Notes under the pieces: generated by a model | The model's database searches: none | What the model saw: the letters and a program-made list of their open reading frames with translations, nothing else | Told to the model about the DNA's origin: nothing | Translations under genes and position numbers: made by a program | Part shown: positions 28,250 through 39,137 of the stretch, one piece after another | Position numbering within the stretch: position 1 is the first letter of the stretch | Layout: the number at the start of each line of letters is the position of its first letter | From: Eledone cirrhosa | Lineage: Eukaryota | Assembly (NCBI GenBank): GCA_964016885.1 | Contig: OZ024740.1 | Span: forward strand, 126,480,001 to 126,544,000 | Length of the DNA: 64,000 bases | Direction of reading: 5' to 3'

Positions 28250-28965
28250 ACAAGCTCGGCCAAAATACTGCAGAAACATATGATATGGTAAAAACAATTA
28301 ACGTTCATGAGCCGGGCGAGTGTTTTCCGCTTACTCTAGATGTTTTAGGAGGACAAGAATCAGCAGAGAGACTACGAGAGGTGTGACAGGGTAGCGACAT
28401 CAGGATACCAACGTTGATCGACAAAATCCGTGCATTATTGGACGAGGACATTTGTGCTTCTATTCTGACGATTTTTAAACAATTTGAAATGGCTGAGAGA
28501 GATTTCCACAGAGTCATTCTTGACGATCCGAATATGAGGAACGTTTGTGCAAAGTTTTCCCCCATGGTGCTCAATGTAGATCAAAGGCAAAAGTGAGTTG
28601 ATGAGAAAAGGAAGATGATCGAGTGGATCGCTTAGAATCCAAGTGTCATTGAAGCTTTTATAGCGTGTGACGAAAGCTGGGTCTACTGTTATAATCAAGA
28701 GACCAAGACACAAAATGCCCAGTGGAAACATTGTAACTACCCCAAGACACAATAATCTTAGCCAAAGCAAGTCCACTGGGAAGCTCACGATGATCCCATT
28801 CGTTGACAGCAAGGGCACCATCTACATCCACTGGGCCTCCACAGCAAGACAGTCAACAAAGGGCACAATGTAAAGGTTTTGAGGCAGTTCAGAAAGAGAT
28901 TTCTTCGCTAGAGACGAGAACTATTTAAGTCTGGGCAGTGGCACCTGCACCAAGACAACGCCAAC
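28250..28965 (+). pseudogene. Tc1/mariner (mariner-type) transposase remnant
   Basis: RNVCAKF.P..L..DQ, DESWVYCY..ETK.Q..QW, SKSTGK..M...F.DSKG, W.LHQDNA. Confidence 0.85.
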
Positions 28966-29245
28966 TGCTGGTGGTCATCATTTTGTTTTCAACTAAGTGA
29001 ACAGGAACAAAATTAAATGATTTGCCTTTCACATAGGCATACGGTTAGTGACTGAATCGTGATGAGACAAGTGTTCGTCCAAATATTAGGCGGCGTGCCT
29101 TCACTAAATAGATTATAGAATCTTAACTAATTTTAGCTCCCAGCAATACACACACACTCCCATGTTTTGACTATGACACCGGAGTATATATTGTATATAC
29201 ATGCTTGTATGGCGATATTCTCATGTCCATGTTTATATATGTGTG

Positions 29246-29298
<53 letters not shown>

Positions 29299-29303
<5 letters not shown>

Positions 29304-29535
29304 CCCTCGAGCCGCCGATTATTGTGGGTAGGATCGATACAGATCGAACCTTGATCAGATGAGTGGCGATATGTGCGTCACCTATCAATAAATGCAATGA
29401 AGGATTAATCAATCGTCATTGTTATCCTTTAAATATATTACACTCTGTATAGCTCTACACCTCATCACGGAAGTGAACCTAAACATCGAGTGCTCTCCCG
29501 GGTGAACCTGCAGTAACTCCAAGTTACATCCCCCT

Positions 29536-29538
<3 letters not shown>
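29299..29538 (+). mobile_element. PLE/retrozyme end fragment with broken CAGATGA HHR and tail motif
   Basis: TTGAT-CAGATGA-GTGGCG..CGTCAC-(GAAA and stem III missing)-ATCAA, then TACACTCTG..TCGAGTGCT. Flanked by (TA)n. Confidence 0.5.
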
Positions 29539-29593
<55 letters not shown>

Positions 29594-30508
29594 CATGAGA
29601 AAAGATATATTGCAAATGTATTTACGTGTGCGTGCAAATATGTTATTAATGTGTGTGCCAACATGTACAGCATAAGAAAGCGAACCACAAAATGTTTGTG
29701 TATAATTTACATATATTTACAAACAATTAATTTGCCTGATTATAATATTTTTCAATAGTTATTAATATAATTATTTATTTAAATGCACAGTTTTTCTTAT
29801 ATAGACTGATGTACAATGCGTATTTGTGTATGATTTCAAGTAGGCAACGTTACCTAGTGTGTGTAATATAATTGTAATTATCAACAGATATAAATGTATA
29901 TTTTTATATAAGTAAATGTGTACGTATTTGCGTTGTACAATTGATCCTGGCTAATTGCTTGTGTTTATTTTGTGTTTATCTGAGTGGTGCTTTATCTGAA
30001 GGCTACACACATTCCTATATAATGATGTTGCACTTCTGTTGTTCCTCTTCGCTTTCTTCCTCCAGACATAGAAACATTAGTATACTGTGTTAGTAATGAT
30101 GGTGGTGGAGGTGGTGGTATGGTGACAGTGATATTCAGTTGGTTGTGATGATGATGTGCTATATGTTGTAATTGTACAAGGGTGATAGCATTTTGCTTTT
30201 ATCGTCGTTTTATTTGTTGCTACAAATGTCGTTTTCGACATAAAAAAGAGATTGTCAGATATAATTATAAAATGTGGAGAAGAAGCACACGAGTTGGAAT
30301 ATATATATATATGTAAATAGGGAGAACAAAACGATTATTATGAAGAAAAATATTGTTGTCTTATTTTTTTCTCTTTTTTCTGGGTTAGAAAATGTTTAAA
30401 ACAAAATATTTTACTTTGTGTGAAGTGTTAAGTTATTAGTTAATTTATTTTCTTAATTAACAATAGCATTGATTGATTTATTTATCAATGTATTTATTTG
30501 ATAATTGT

Positions 30509-30546
30509 CAATTACCGGTTTCAGCATTTTATGCATTATCAAATTA
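30509..30546 (-). ncRNA. Minimal hammerhead ribozyme, U3-A8 core
   Basis: Minus strand TAAT-TTGATAA-TGCATAAAATGCT-GAAA-CCGG-TA-ATTG. Near-identical to the HHR at 24703. Confidence 0.78.
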
Positions 30547-30659
30547 TGTGAGTTGGAGAGAAAAAAAAGGGAGGAATTTGTATTGGTATAACATGTAGGA
30601 GGAAGATAAGGTGGTGTTGAAAATGTCATTGAAATGGGCAAGAAAGAATAATATTATTT

Positions 30660-31560
30660 ACCAGCAAGGTTTGTAGGAGGTAGGGGCGAGTGATGCCTTC
30701 TTTTCTTGGTATGTGGGGAGTATTGTTTTTTTTTGTTGTTGTTGGTTATTGTGTGATGTTTGGGTGGTGATTGGGTTTTCTTATTATTTTGGTTTTAGTA
30801 AAGGGTTTCTTGGATGTGTGTTCTTTTTGGAAAAGTGTTTCATAGTTAGAGAACCACGTTACGTTATATCCCGAGGTTGAAGGGATTTTAATTCTTCCTT
30901 ATTAAAGTCCTCTATCTATAGTTATGAAATATTTTCTAGGCTGGTGTCTTTGGTTTTATTGATAATTGCTTGATTTATCTTATCGTCGTTGATTTGATCC
31001 TATCTTCATTTGCTTTGGCTTTCAATATAAGGAGTTCAATTTCGGCTTTCATGTTATCAAGTGCCATTCTTTCTCTGAAGCGTCTTTCTGTCTCAGGTTC
31101 ATTTGGGATGGATTTAATTTGTAGTTTGCGGGGAAGGATTAATGGGGATGAGTTAAACCATTTTTCATAGATCTCTGCTTTGTTATTATTTTGTATCATC
31201 TTCCAAAAGGAGAGTTTCCAGTTTTTAAGTGATGTGTACCATTGTGGTATTAATTTGTTTTTTATTTGGTAAGTTGTAAGTGTATTAATGTCATGTGTTT
31301 CCTCGTCTGCTTGAATAGGATTTGTTGTTATTCAGGTGTTTTTTATTGTTTCACCAAAGTTGTTGATATTGTCGTGATTTCATAGGATGTGTGTTTGGGG
31401 ATTGTTTCTTCACTTGTAGAATTAATTTTGTTGGCGATTATTGACAAATTAGAGTTTATTTTTTGTAGTTCTTGGAGTATCTCTTGATTGATGTTAATGA
31501 GAGTGGAGTCTGTTCTTGTTTTAGTAGGTATTTTCTGTATCTCGTGTGGGAGTAAATAAT
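30660..31560 (-). pseudogene. Disrupted ORF for a predicted alpha-helical protein of unknown function (~280-300 aa)
   Basis: Joined fragments read ..QEILQELQKINSNL.. / KNKLIPQWYTSLKNWKLSFWKMIQNNNKAEIYEKW..PLILPRKLQIK.IPNEPETERRFRERMALDNMKAEIELL.. / ..EELKS..WFSNYE.., then a basic, Pro-rich tail. Confidence 0.55.
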
Positions 31561-32139
31561 AATTATAAAATGTAGAGAAGCAGCACACGAGTTGGAACAT
31601 ATATATATATGTAAATAGGGAGAAAAAAACAATTATTAGGAAGAAAAATATTTTTTTCCTTTATTTTTTTTCTCTGTTTTCTGGGTTAGAAAATGTTTAA
31701 AAAGAAAATATTTTACTTATAAATGTTGTTGTTGGAAGGTGCACAATTGGCGATATGTTCACTAAAAACAATCTTTCTGTATTCCTGTATTTATATATAT
31801 ACATATAATAAACAATTGATGATTACATAAATATGAAAAGGAAAGATAAAAGCAAGGACTCAAAGGCGTCAGAAGAGGAGGACGGGGAGGGAGAGGTATT
31901 AATGGGCTGTGGACCCAGGGCGAGGCATTGTTCATGCTGCGCCACGTGGAAGAAAAAACTGCATAAAATCTTCCGTGGCGAATGGCTAGTCTCAGCTTCA
32001 GCAACAGCCAGTCCACCTATATATATGTATATATACAAATATAAATTAGCGAGAATCGTATTTCGGCTATTGGAAATTTGCGAAAAACAACTTCCGAGAT
32101 GTGTGGCAAGCGCTCAATAGATTCTAACGAACCAGATGC

Positions 32140-32198
<59 letters not shown>

Positions 32199-32290
32199 GA
32201 GTGTGAGAGAGAGAGAGTGAGAGAAAGTGTGAGAGAGAGAGAGACAGAAAGATGTACATAGGCGGGGTTCAATCTTTGAAACGCTGAAAA

Positions 32291-32730
32291 TATAGAATTA
32301 ATGTTAAGCATGATGTGCCCATCCACAGAGATGCCATAAAATAGCATATAAAATAGGGTGAAGACCTTTAAAAGACGGACAATTAGGTTGCCATCGGATT
32401 CTATAGGGAATGGTATCCTATAGATGCCAGATACAACCTAGGCTCTTTAAAGCATTAAGCTATGTGACTGTGACTACTTAATACCGCCGTTTCAGCTATA
32501 TAGGTGAAAATAACCTTTTTTCATATGTCTGTGTGTTTGTTAAATGAATGGTCACTTAGCTCAATAGTTTATAGGGCGTAGCCAGTATCTGGTAGATATG
32601 GGGTTTTATTCATCATAGTATTACAAAAAAGTAACATATTTTTTGGTTTATAAGGATCTTCACCCTATTTTATAAGCTGTGTTATAGTATCTTTGCGTAT
32701 GAACACATCTTCCATCATATTAATTCTATT
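32291..32730. repeat. Degenerate ~80-bp inverted repeats (old foldback or MITE-like element)
   Basis: TATAAAATAGGGTGAAGA at 32347 is the reverse complement of TCTTCACCCTATTTTATA at 32657. Homology extends outward. Confidence 0.6.
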
Positions 32731-32766
32731 ATATTATATTTTATGTATATATACATGTATATGATA

Positions 32767-32879
<113 letters not shown>

Positions 32880-34620
32880 AGTAATAATAATAAATTTGAA
32901 GACTAAAATCCAAAGAGGGCTCGATAAGGATAAATATATATCAAATATATAAGAACCGTAGAGCAAATATTTATTAAAATAACAGATTAAAGTTTAAGCA
33001 AAGAATCGCTGCTTTCACCCTTAACGGGATGTTCTGAAACTAACAAAGTCAGTCTGTAAACGCAGAAGTGGATATTTCAAAAAACGTTGCAACCGGAGGA
33101 AGACAGAAAGACGATACTTTGGTTCGTGGAAACGTTCGCTGGCAAAGAACGGGAAAAAACGAATATAATACGTCATTAACAGGAGCGGTGAAAAACAATT
33201 ACGCGCAAAGACAGAACCACATTTATGGTATAAAAGAGGTCGTAGACTAATGTTCTCTTAGGTGGTTCATAGAGACGTTCTCTGGCAATGACGAAAAATA
33301 CGAAGATAATACGTCATATGTGGAGCGTGGAGAACAATAGCACGCAAAGACAAAACCTCGTAAATGGTATAGCAGAAGTCGTAGACTAAAATTCTAACTA
33401 GGAGACCGAATGAATCTCCGCTACAGAGTTAAGAACAAAGTAAATACATACAATACAGAAGTAATAGAAATAAATAAATACATACACGCAAACAAATACG
33501 TACATACACAAGCATACGCAAACCACGTACCATAGGTATACAAAACCACGCACATATAAATATCTGTGTGTGTGTATGCGTGTATACACATAAATAAATA
33601 ATTATATAAACGTATATAAATAAATAAATACGTATATAACAAGCGAACACACATACCTACATGTAAATACACGAATGTTCGGAGACGTAAGTCAACCAAA
33701 ACATGAAGTACACATATACACACACCCTACATACGTACGAACCTGCATACTCACACAGACGCAAGACTCCCGTATACACATAGCCAAACCATATGTACCA
33801 GAATATATTAAATTATACACCATAACATAAACAATCAAATATACGTACGAGAAGGTATACGTACCTTCACAAAACATACGGGTAATATATACTTACCTAT
33901 GCAAATAAGTAATGGTATAAACAAAACATATACTTAGCTCCCACATCAAGACGTAAAATATCCACGTATAGATCGTACTATCCGTTAGGGTATAACGTGG
34001 GGATGTAATACAGGAAGGTTTTGTGCAATTTATGTTTACAAGCCGAAATTGCCTCAGATATTTTGTTTAAGATGTAGTCTGTGGCGTAGAGTATTTCAAG
34101 GGCCTCAGCGGCGCAGAGGTCACATTGTCTTTTATTTCCGTTATACGATCTAGTCCTAGCTAGGATCTCCCAGTGTAACTTATATTGGGTGTGGTTGTCT
34201 TTTAGACTCCAGATATAAGCTGAAAGTGACGTCATATTCCTTCTTAGAGGGTAACGAAAAGAATGGCTATGCATGTAAAGACGCTGCTTAAATCTATTGG
34301 CGGTTAACCCTATGTAGGCCCTACGGGACGTGGGTGTTTCGACCTTACATCTGTAGACAATGTTACTAGAGAAGCATTTCCCGGTTCTGTCTTTGCGCGT
34401 AATTGTTTTTCACCGCTCCTATTATATTCGTTTTTTTCCCGTTCTTTGCCACCGAACGTTCCCACGAACCAAAGTATCGTCTTCCAGTCTTCCTCCGGTT
34501 GCAACGTTTTTTGAAATATCCACTTCTGCGTTTACAGATCGACTTTGTTAGTTTCAGAAGATCCCGTTAAGGGTCAAAGCAGCGATTCTTTGCTTAAACT
34601 TTAATCTGTTATTTTAATAA
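32880..34620 (-). mobile_element. PLE family A, second insertion (inverted arms)
   Basis: Left arm 32880-34384 is the reverse complement of the GIY-YIG end, UTR, pLTR and tail. Right arm 34376-34620 is the forward pLTR. HHRs at 32991-33041 (-) and 34550-34600 (+) each carry a core mutation. Confidence 0.92.
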
Positions 34621-34711
<91 letters not shown>

Positions 34712-34716
<5 letters not shown>

Positions 34717-35690
34717 AACTAATATATCTACCAACACATGTACACAGAAACATACCCACGCTAGCAAATATCTATGTTTTGTCTTAGTAACTTTGCGGTT
34801 CTATGCAAGGGGATGCAGAACAATTATATGAAAGACGTGAACAAGAAAATTATAAAAATCGACTTACTTACTAAAGTTTCACTCCAACCAATTAGCCTCT
34901 ATAAGGGAATAAATATGGTTACGGAGCGTACCCACAGAGAAACCCTACGTCGCCAGGGAGTCTATTCTCAGCTAAGCTTCCAGGCAATGCGAGGACACTG
35001 GGAACTTATATAAAAATAATTCAGTGGATGGAAAAAAGCGAGCGGGGACCAAATTCCAAGACACCGAAAAAATTCACCGCCCACCTGGTCAGCGGCAGAC
35101 CCAAAAGAACCAATCACGTGACACCGAGGTCAATCAGCGAGGAGTGGGGTGCCATTAAGACAAGGGCCTAGCCACTACCATGAACCATAGTAGTAATCCC
35201 GGCAAGTTTTGCTCAACAAATAATTTGGAGATAATTATAAAGAACTAGTATATCTACCAACACATGTACACAGATGCATACCCACGCTAGCAAATATATA
35301 TGTTTTGTCTTAGCAACTTTGCGGTTCAATGCAAGGGGATGCAGAACAATTATATGAAAGACGTAAATAAGAATATTATACCCCACTACTCGCTGATTGA
35401 CCTCGGTGTCACGTGGTTGGTTCTTTTGGGTCTGCCGCTGACCAGGTGGGCGGTGAATTTTTTCGGTGTCTCGGAGTTTGGTCCCCGCTCGCTTTTTTCC
35501 ATCCACTGAATTATTTTTATATAAGTTCCCAGTGTCCTCGCATTGCCTGGAAGCTTAGCTGAGAATAGACTCCCTGGTAACGTAGGGTTTCTCTGTGGGT
35601 ACGCTCCGTAACCATATTTATTCCCTTACAGAGTCTAATTGGTTGGAGTGAAACTTTAGTAAGTCGATTTTCATAATTTTCTTATTTACG

Positions 35691-35700
<10 letters not shown>
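34712..35700. mobile_element. Non-coding ~525-bp unit: 1.27 tandem copies plus an inverted arm
   Basis: 34712-34853 is repeated at 35238-35380. 35380-35700 is the reverse complement of 34825-35150. Confidence 0.85.
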
Positions 35701-35760
<60 letters not shown>

Positions 35761-35768
<8 letters not shown>

Positions 35769-35914
35769 CTAAGAGCACTAGAACTGTTTCATTCGTGAGA
35801 AATCTGACACATTTCTAGTCCTGTAGAAACTCTTCTATATTAAAACATTTATACTCTGCTATGTATTGAGTACCTTACTTACTGTGGTTACCTCCGCTGC
35901 AACCCGAAATAACT

Positions 35915-35915
<1 letters not shown>
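35761..35915. mobile_element. Mini two-armed fragment of the 9454 HHR family
   Basis: CTAGAACTGTTTCATTC (minus arm) followed by TTCTAGTCCTGTAGAA..ATACTCTGCTATGTATTGAGTAC (plus arm with tail). Confidence 0.65.
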
Positions 35916-35946
<31 letters not shown>

Positions 35947-35953
35947 CGCGCGC

Positions 35954-36018
<65 letters not shown>

Positions 36019-36477
36019 TGATGGTAGCTAAGATGCTTCCAGAGGCGGTATGGCGGTTGAGCACTCCATGCTCTTACAGAGCAGAGTACGATATTATATA
36101 AAACGAAAAATCAATATACTATGTGTTACAAGATGGATATATTTTCTGTATAGCTCATGCTTCTCCTGTGTACTATCTCATACGCATACACGTTCCTCAT
36201 TATTCTTTTTTATATATCTCTATGTGACGTTATATCTATACTTTTAATATATTGCATATTTATTTCATATATGTATATATACGTATGTGTATATATAGAT
36301 GTGTATATATATATGTATATATAGAGATGTAGATATATATGTGTGTATATATGTATGTGTATGGTTATATTGTTTATATATGTGCATGATTATAACAAGA
36401 TGCATCATTTCATGTAAGACCCATTGTATGATCCATTGTGTATCTTTATATGACTTTGTGTATATATCCTATTTGTG

Positions 36478-36515
<38 letters not shown>

Positions 36516-36594
36516 ACGTCACGATTCTTAGCCATTTTTGAATCTATTTTTGGCGCAATCACTTTGGAAAATTAAATGTCTAATTTTGAGTTCG

Positions 36595-36664
36595 CTCCTG
36601 ATGAGTCCGAAGCTCTGGACATTCCCTGTTATCGGACAAACATACGGACGAAACCATGGTAGAG
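36595..36664 (+). ncRNA. Canonical minimal type-I hammerhead ribozyme
   Basis: CTC-CTGATGA-GTCCG...CGGAC-GAAA-CCATGG-TA-GAG. Tail motif ATACTCT..GAGTGCT at 36772-36804. Confidence 0.85.
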
Positions 36665-36940
36665 GTAATTAAGGTATGTACGCATTTTTTCTAAGTTTGA
36701 ATTTACACCTAATTCTGTTTAGTTGACGGTATATCTGGTCGATTTCTACATGCTGTCGAAATGTTGGATAAATACTCTATCGTTGCCACCGCGAAGAGAG
36801 TGCTTTCGGTTATTTGTCGAAGATTTCTTCATAGGAGCCTTTATTATTATAGCTTGGTCTGATTTTTTATATGGTTAATTATGCTAATTGGCAGAGGAAA
36901 TGGTATATATTATATCTAGTGATTCTAAAGACATGATTTA

Positions 36941-36981
<41 letters not shown>

Positions 36982-36984
<3 letters not shown>

Positions 36985-37098
36985 CGAAGGAAATGTGGTA
37001 AGGAACCAGGTGGACCATAATGCACCAAAGTACTCAATACTTAGGGTAGTAGAGTGGGTAATAGGAACAAGTAAGACCCCGTCGGGGTCTTACTTGTT

Positions 37099-37101
<3 letters not shown>
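36982..37101. mobile_element. Family M mini-palindrome
   Basis: TAGGAACAAGTAAGACCCC-GTC-GGGGTCTTACTTGTTCCTA with an ~80-bp tail on the left arm. Confidence 0.85.
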
Positions 37102-37151
<50 letters not shown>

Positions 37152-37696
37152 CGTTTCTGAATTTGTTTAGCAAGATTCTTTATCTGAAATCGTGTGTTGA
37201 AACCGATATTGTTATACTTTGGGAGGGTCATGTTGCCAATAAGAAACACACGCACCAGTTGCTTTCACTTCAATTTAATTTATTATATATTTATAAATTT
37301 ACAAATTTATAAATTTCTGGTTGGGTGGTTGGTTCCACAACCAGATAGTTGTTTATATATATATAGTCATAGTTCTTTCGTCACACACTCTGTGACCTCT
37401 GCAGTGACTGGGGATTCTTTCTTCGTTTCTGTGCCTTTCCTTTCTTCTATCCTACGCCATTTTGTTTGTGTGTGGGTTGCGTGCTCAGTTTGCGCATGCG
37501 CCACATCCGGGTGTCTGTGTGTGTTTGTGTTCATTTTTCTATTTTTCTATTTAAATTTTTCTATGTGTTTGTTTATTTATTTATTTATTGTTGGTTGGTT
37601 GTTTGTTCTATGTGTGTGTGTGTTTTCATTTCGTCTTGTGTGTGTTTTCAATTGTAAGTTGTTTGTTCTATGTGTGTGTGTGTTTTCATTTTGTCC

Positions 37697-39130
37697 TTAA
37701 TTGTAAGTTGTGATGTTGCTATTCCACTCATATTTTCTATTTAATTTTGGTTTTAATTCTTTTATGCTTACTGCCTCTGTAATTTGCCTAAACATTGCGT
37801 CTTTCTTGTGTGTGGATTCTATTTTTATTTCTATGCTCTCTAATTTACCCCTGTGTTCTATCTTAGCATGTTGGTAGAGCACAGATGATTCTTTATTATC
37901 TTGGAGGTTTCGCCAGTGTTCATTTATTCGTTCCCCTATACTACGAGCTGTCTCACCTATGTACACTATATTTTTGTTTCTACATTGTCCTTCAGTACAT
38001 CTTATGCTATATACTACATTTCTAGTTTTACAGTTAATATGGGGGCTTATTTTACAGGTTATACATTTCTTATCTATACATGAGGGTCTTTGGAACGGGT
38101 ATGTCTTGCTAATAAGTGTTTTTACGGAGGTACCAGGTCTTTCTACTATCTTAATATTGAGATTATGTTTCTTTAGGGCCCTTCTAAATTTGTAGGCTAG
38201 TTCGCCTCTAGGGGTTGTATTGATGAACATTACACTCTGGTATTTATTGATATCATACCATAAGTTTATTCTATTGGCCTTGTTCTTAGTTCTTTCTATT
38301 CTATTCCAAAATTTGCTCCTATACAAGGGGCAGGTCCCATTTATGTCATTATTTACCATTTTTTCCCATTTGGTTCTGGCTCCTGTATACACTCTGATTC
38401 TATCTCTCTGATTGTAGCCAGAGAACTGCATACGGTGGATGAAGTGTTGTATGTGTCTCTCTAGTTCTTCGGGGTTGCACATGCGGGACACATTTCTCAT
38501 CACCCGTACCAAATCCGCAATCAGTATGTTGATTTTGGTATGGTCCGAAATGGCCGAGTTTCGGTGGATCAGATGTTTGGAAGTCATGGGTTTGGCATAA
38601 TGGGAATGGAGGATTTGTTTTTGGTTGTTAATTGTATCTAACCAGAGCTCTGTGTCTAGTACAGGTAATCGATGGTTGGGGTGTCTACTTGGGTAGTCTA
38701 TAGTAACTCTAATGCTCTGGTGGATGGAGTTTGCTATTTGCTGGATGCTTTCCATTGTGTTTTTCTCTAGTTCCTGACTGTTCTTTAGTGGGGGTGTCTT
38801 AACTACGATGTTTATATCATCTACGTAGCGGGAGTACATTATCAGGGTTTAGCTGTCTTCTAATTGTTCATTAAGTTTTTGTTTAAGTCTACTGTCCCAC
38901 CATACCATGAATAAGTTAGCTATGTCGCCTGCAATGCTAACACCAATGGCTGCTCCTTCCTCTTGGGCATATGTTTTACCATTAAATTTGAACATATGTT
39001 CCTTAAGGGTTAATTTTATGCTGGCCCCTACCGCATGTGCAATCATTTTCTTCAGTTCATCGTGGTTTTCGGGTGTCCGTATGGCTCTGGTCCACTCGTT
39101 CCATCTATCTGTGTGGGTTTTCTTGGCCAT
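37697..39130 (-). pseudogene. Inverted partial copy of the PLE RT-EN ORF (one nonsense codon at 38849)
   Basis: ORFs 38849-39130 and 37697-38839 match the C-terminal ~478 aa of 39138-42275. Confidence 0.95.
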
Positions 39131-39137
39131 TGATTAG

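Larger units (their letters stand above)
30262..31718 (-). mobile_element. ~1.3-kb terminally redundant HHR element encoding a non-RT protein (candidate coding retrozyme)
   Basis: Direct repeats 30262-30416 and 31561-31718, HHR at 30509-30546, and a broken ORF in between. Confidence 0.65.
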
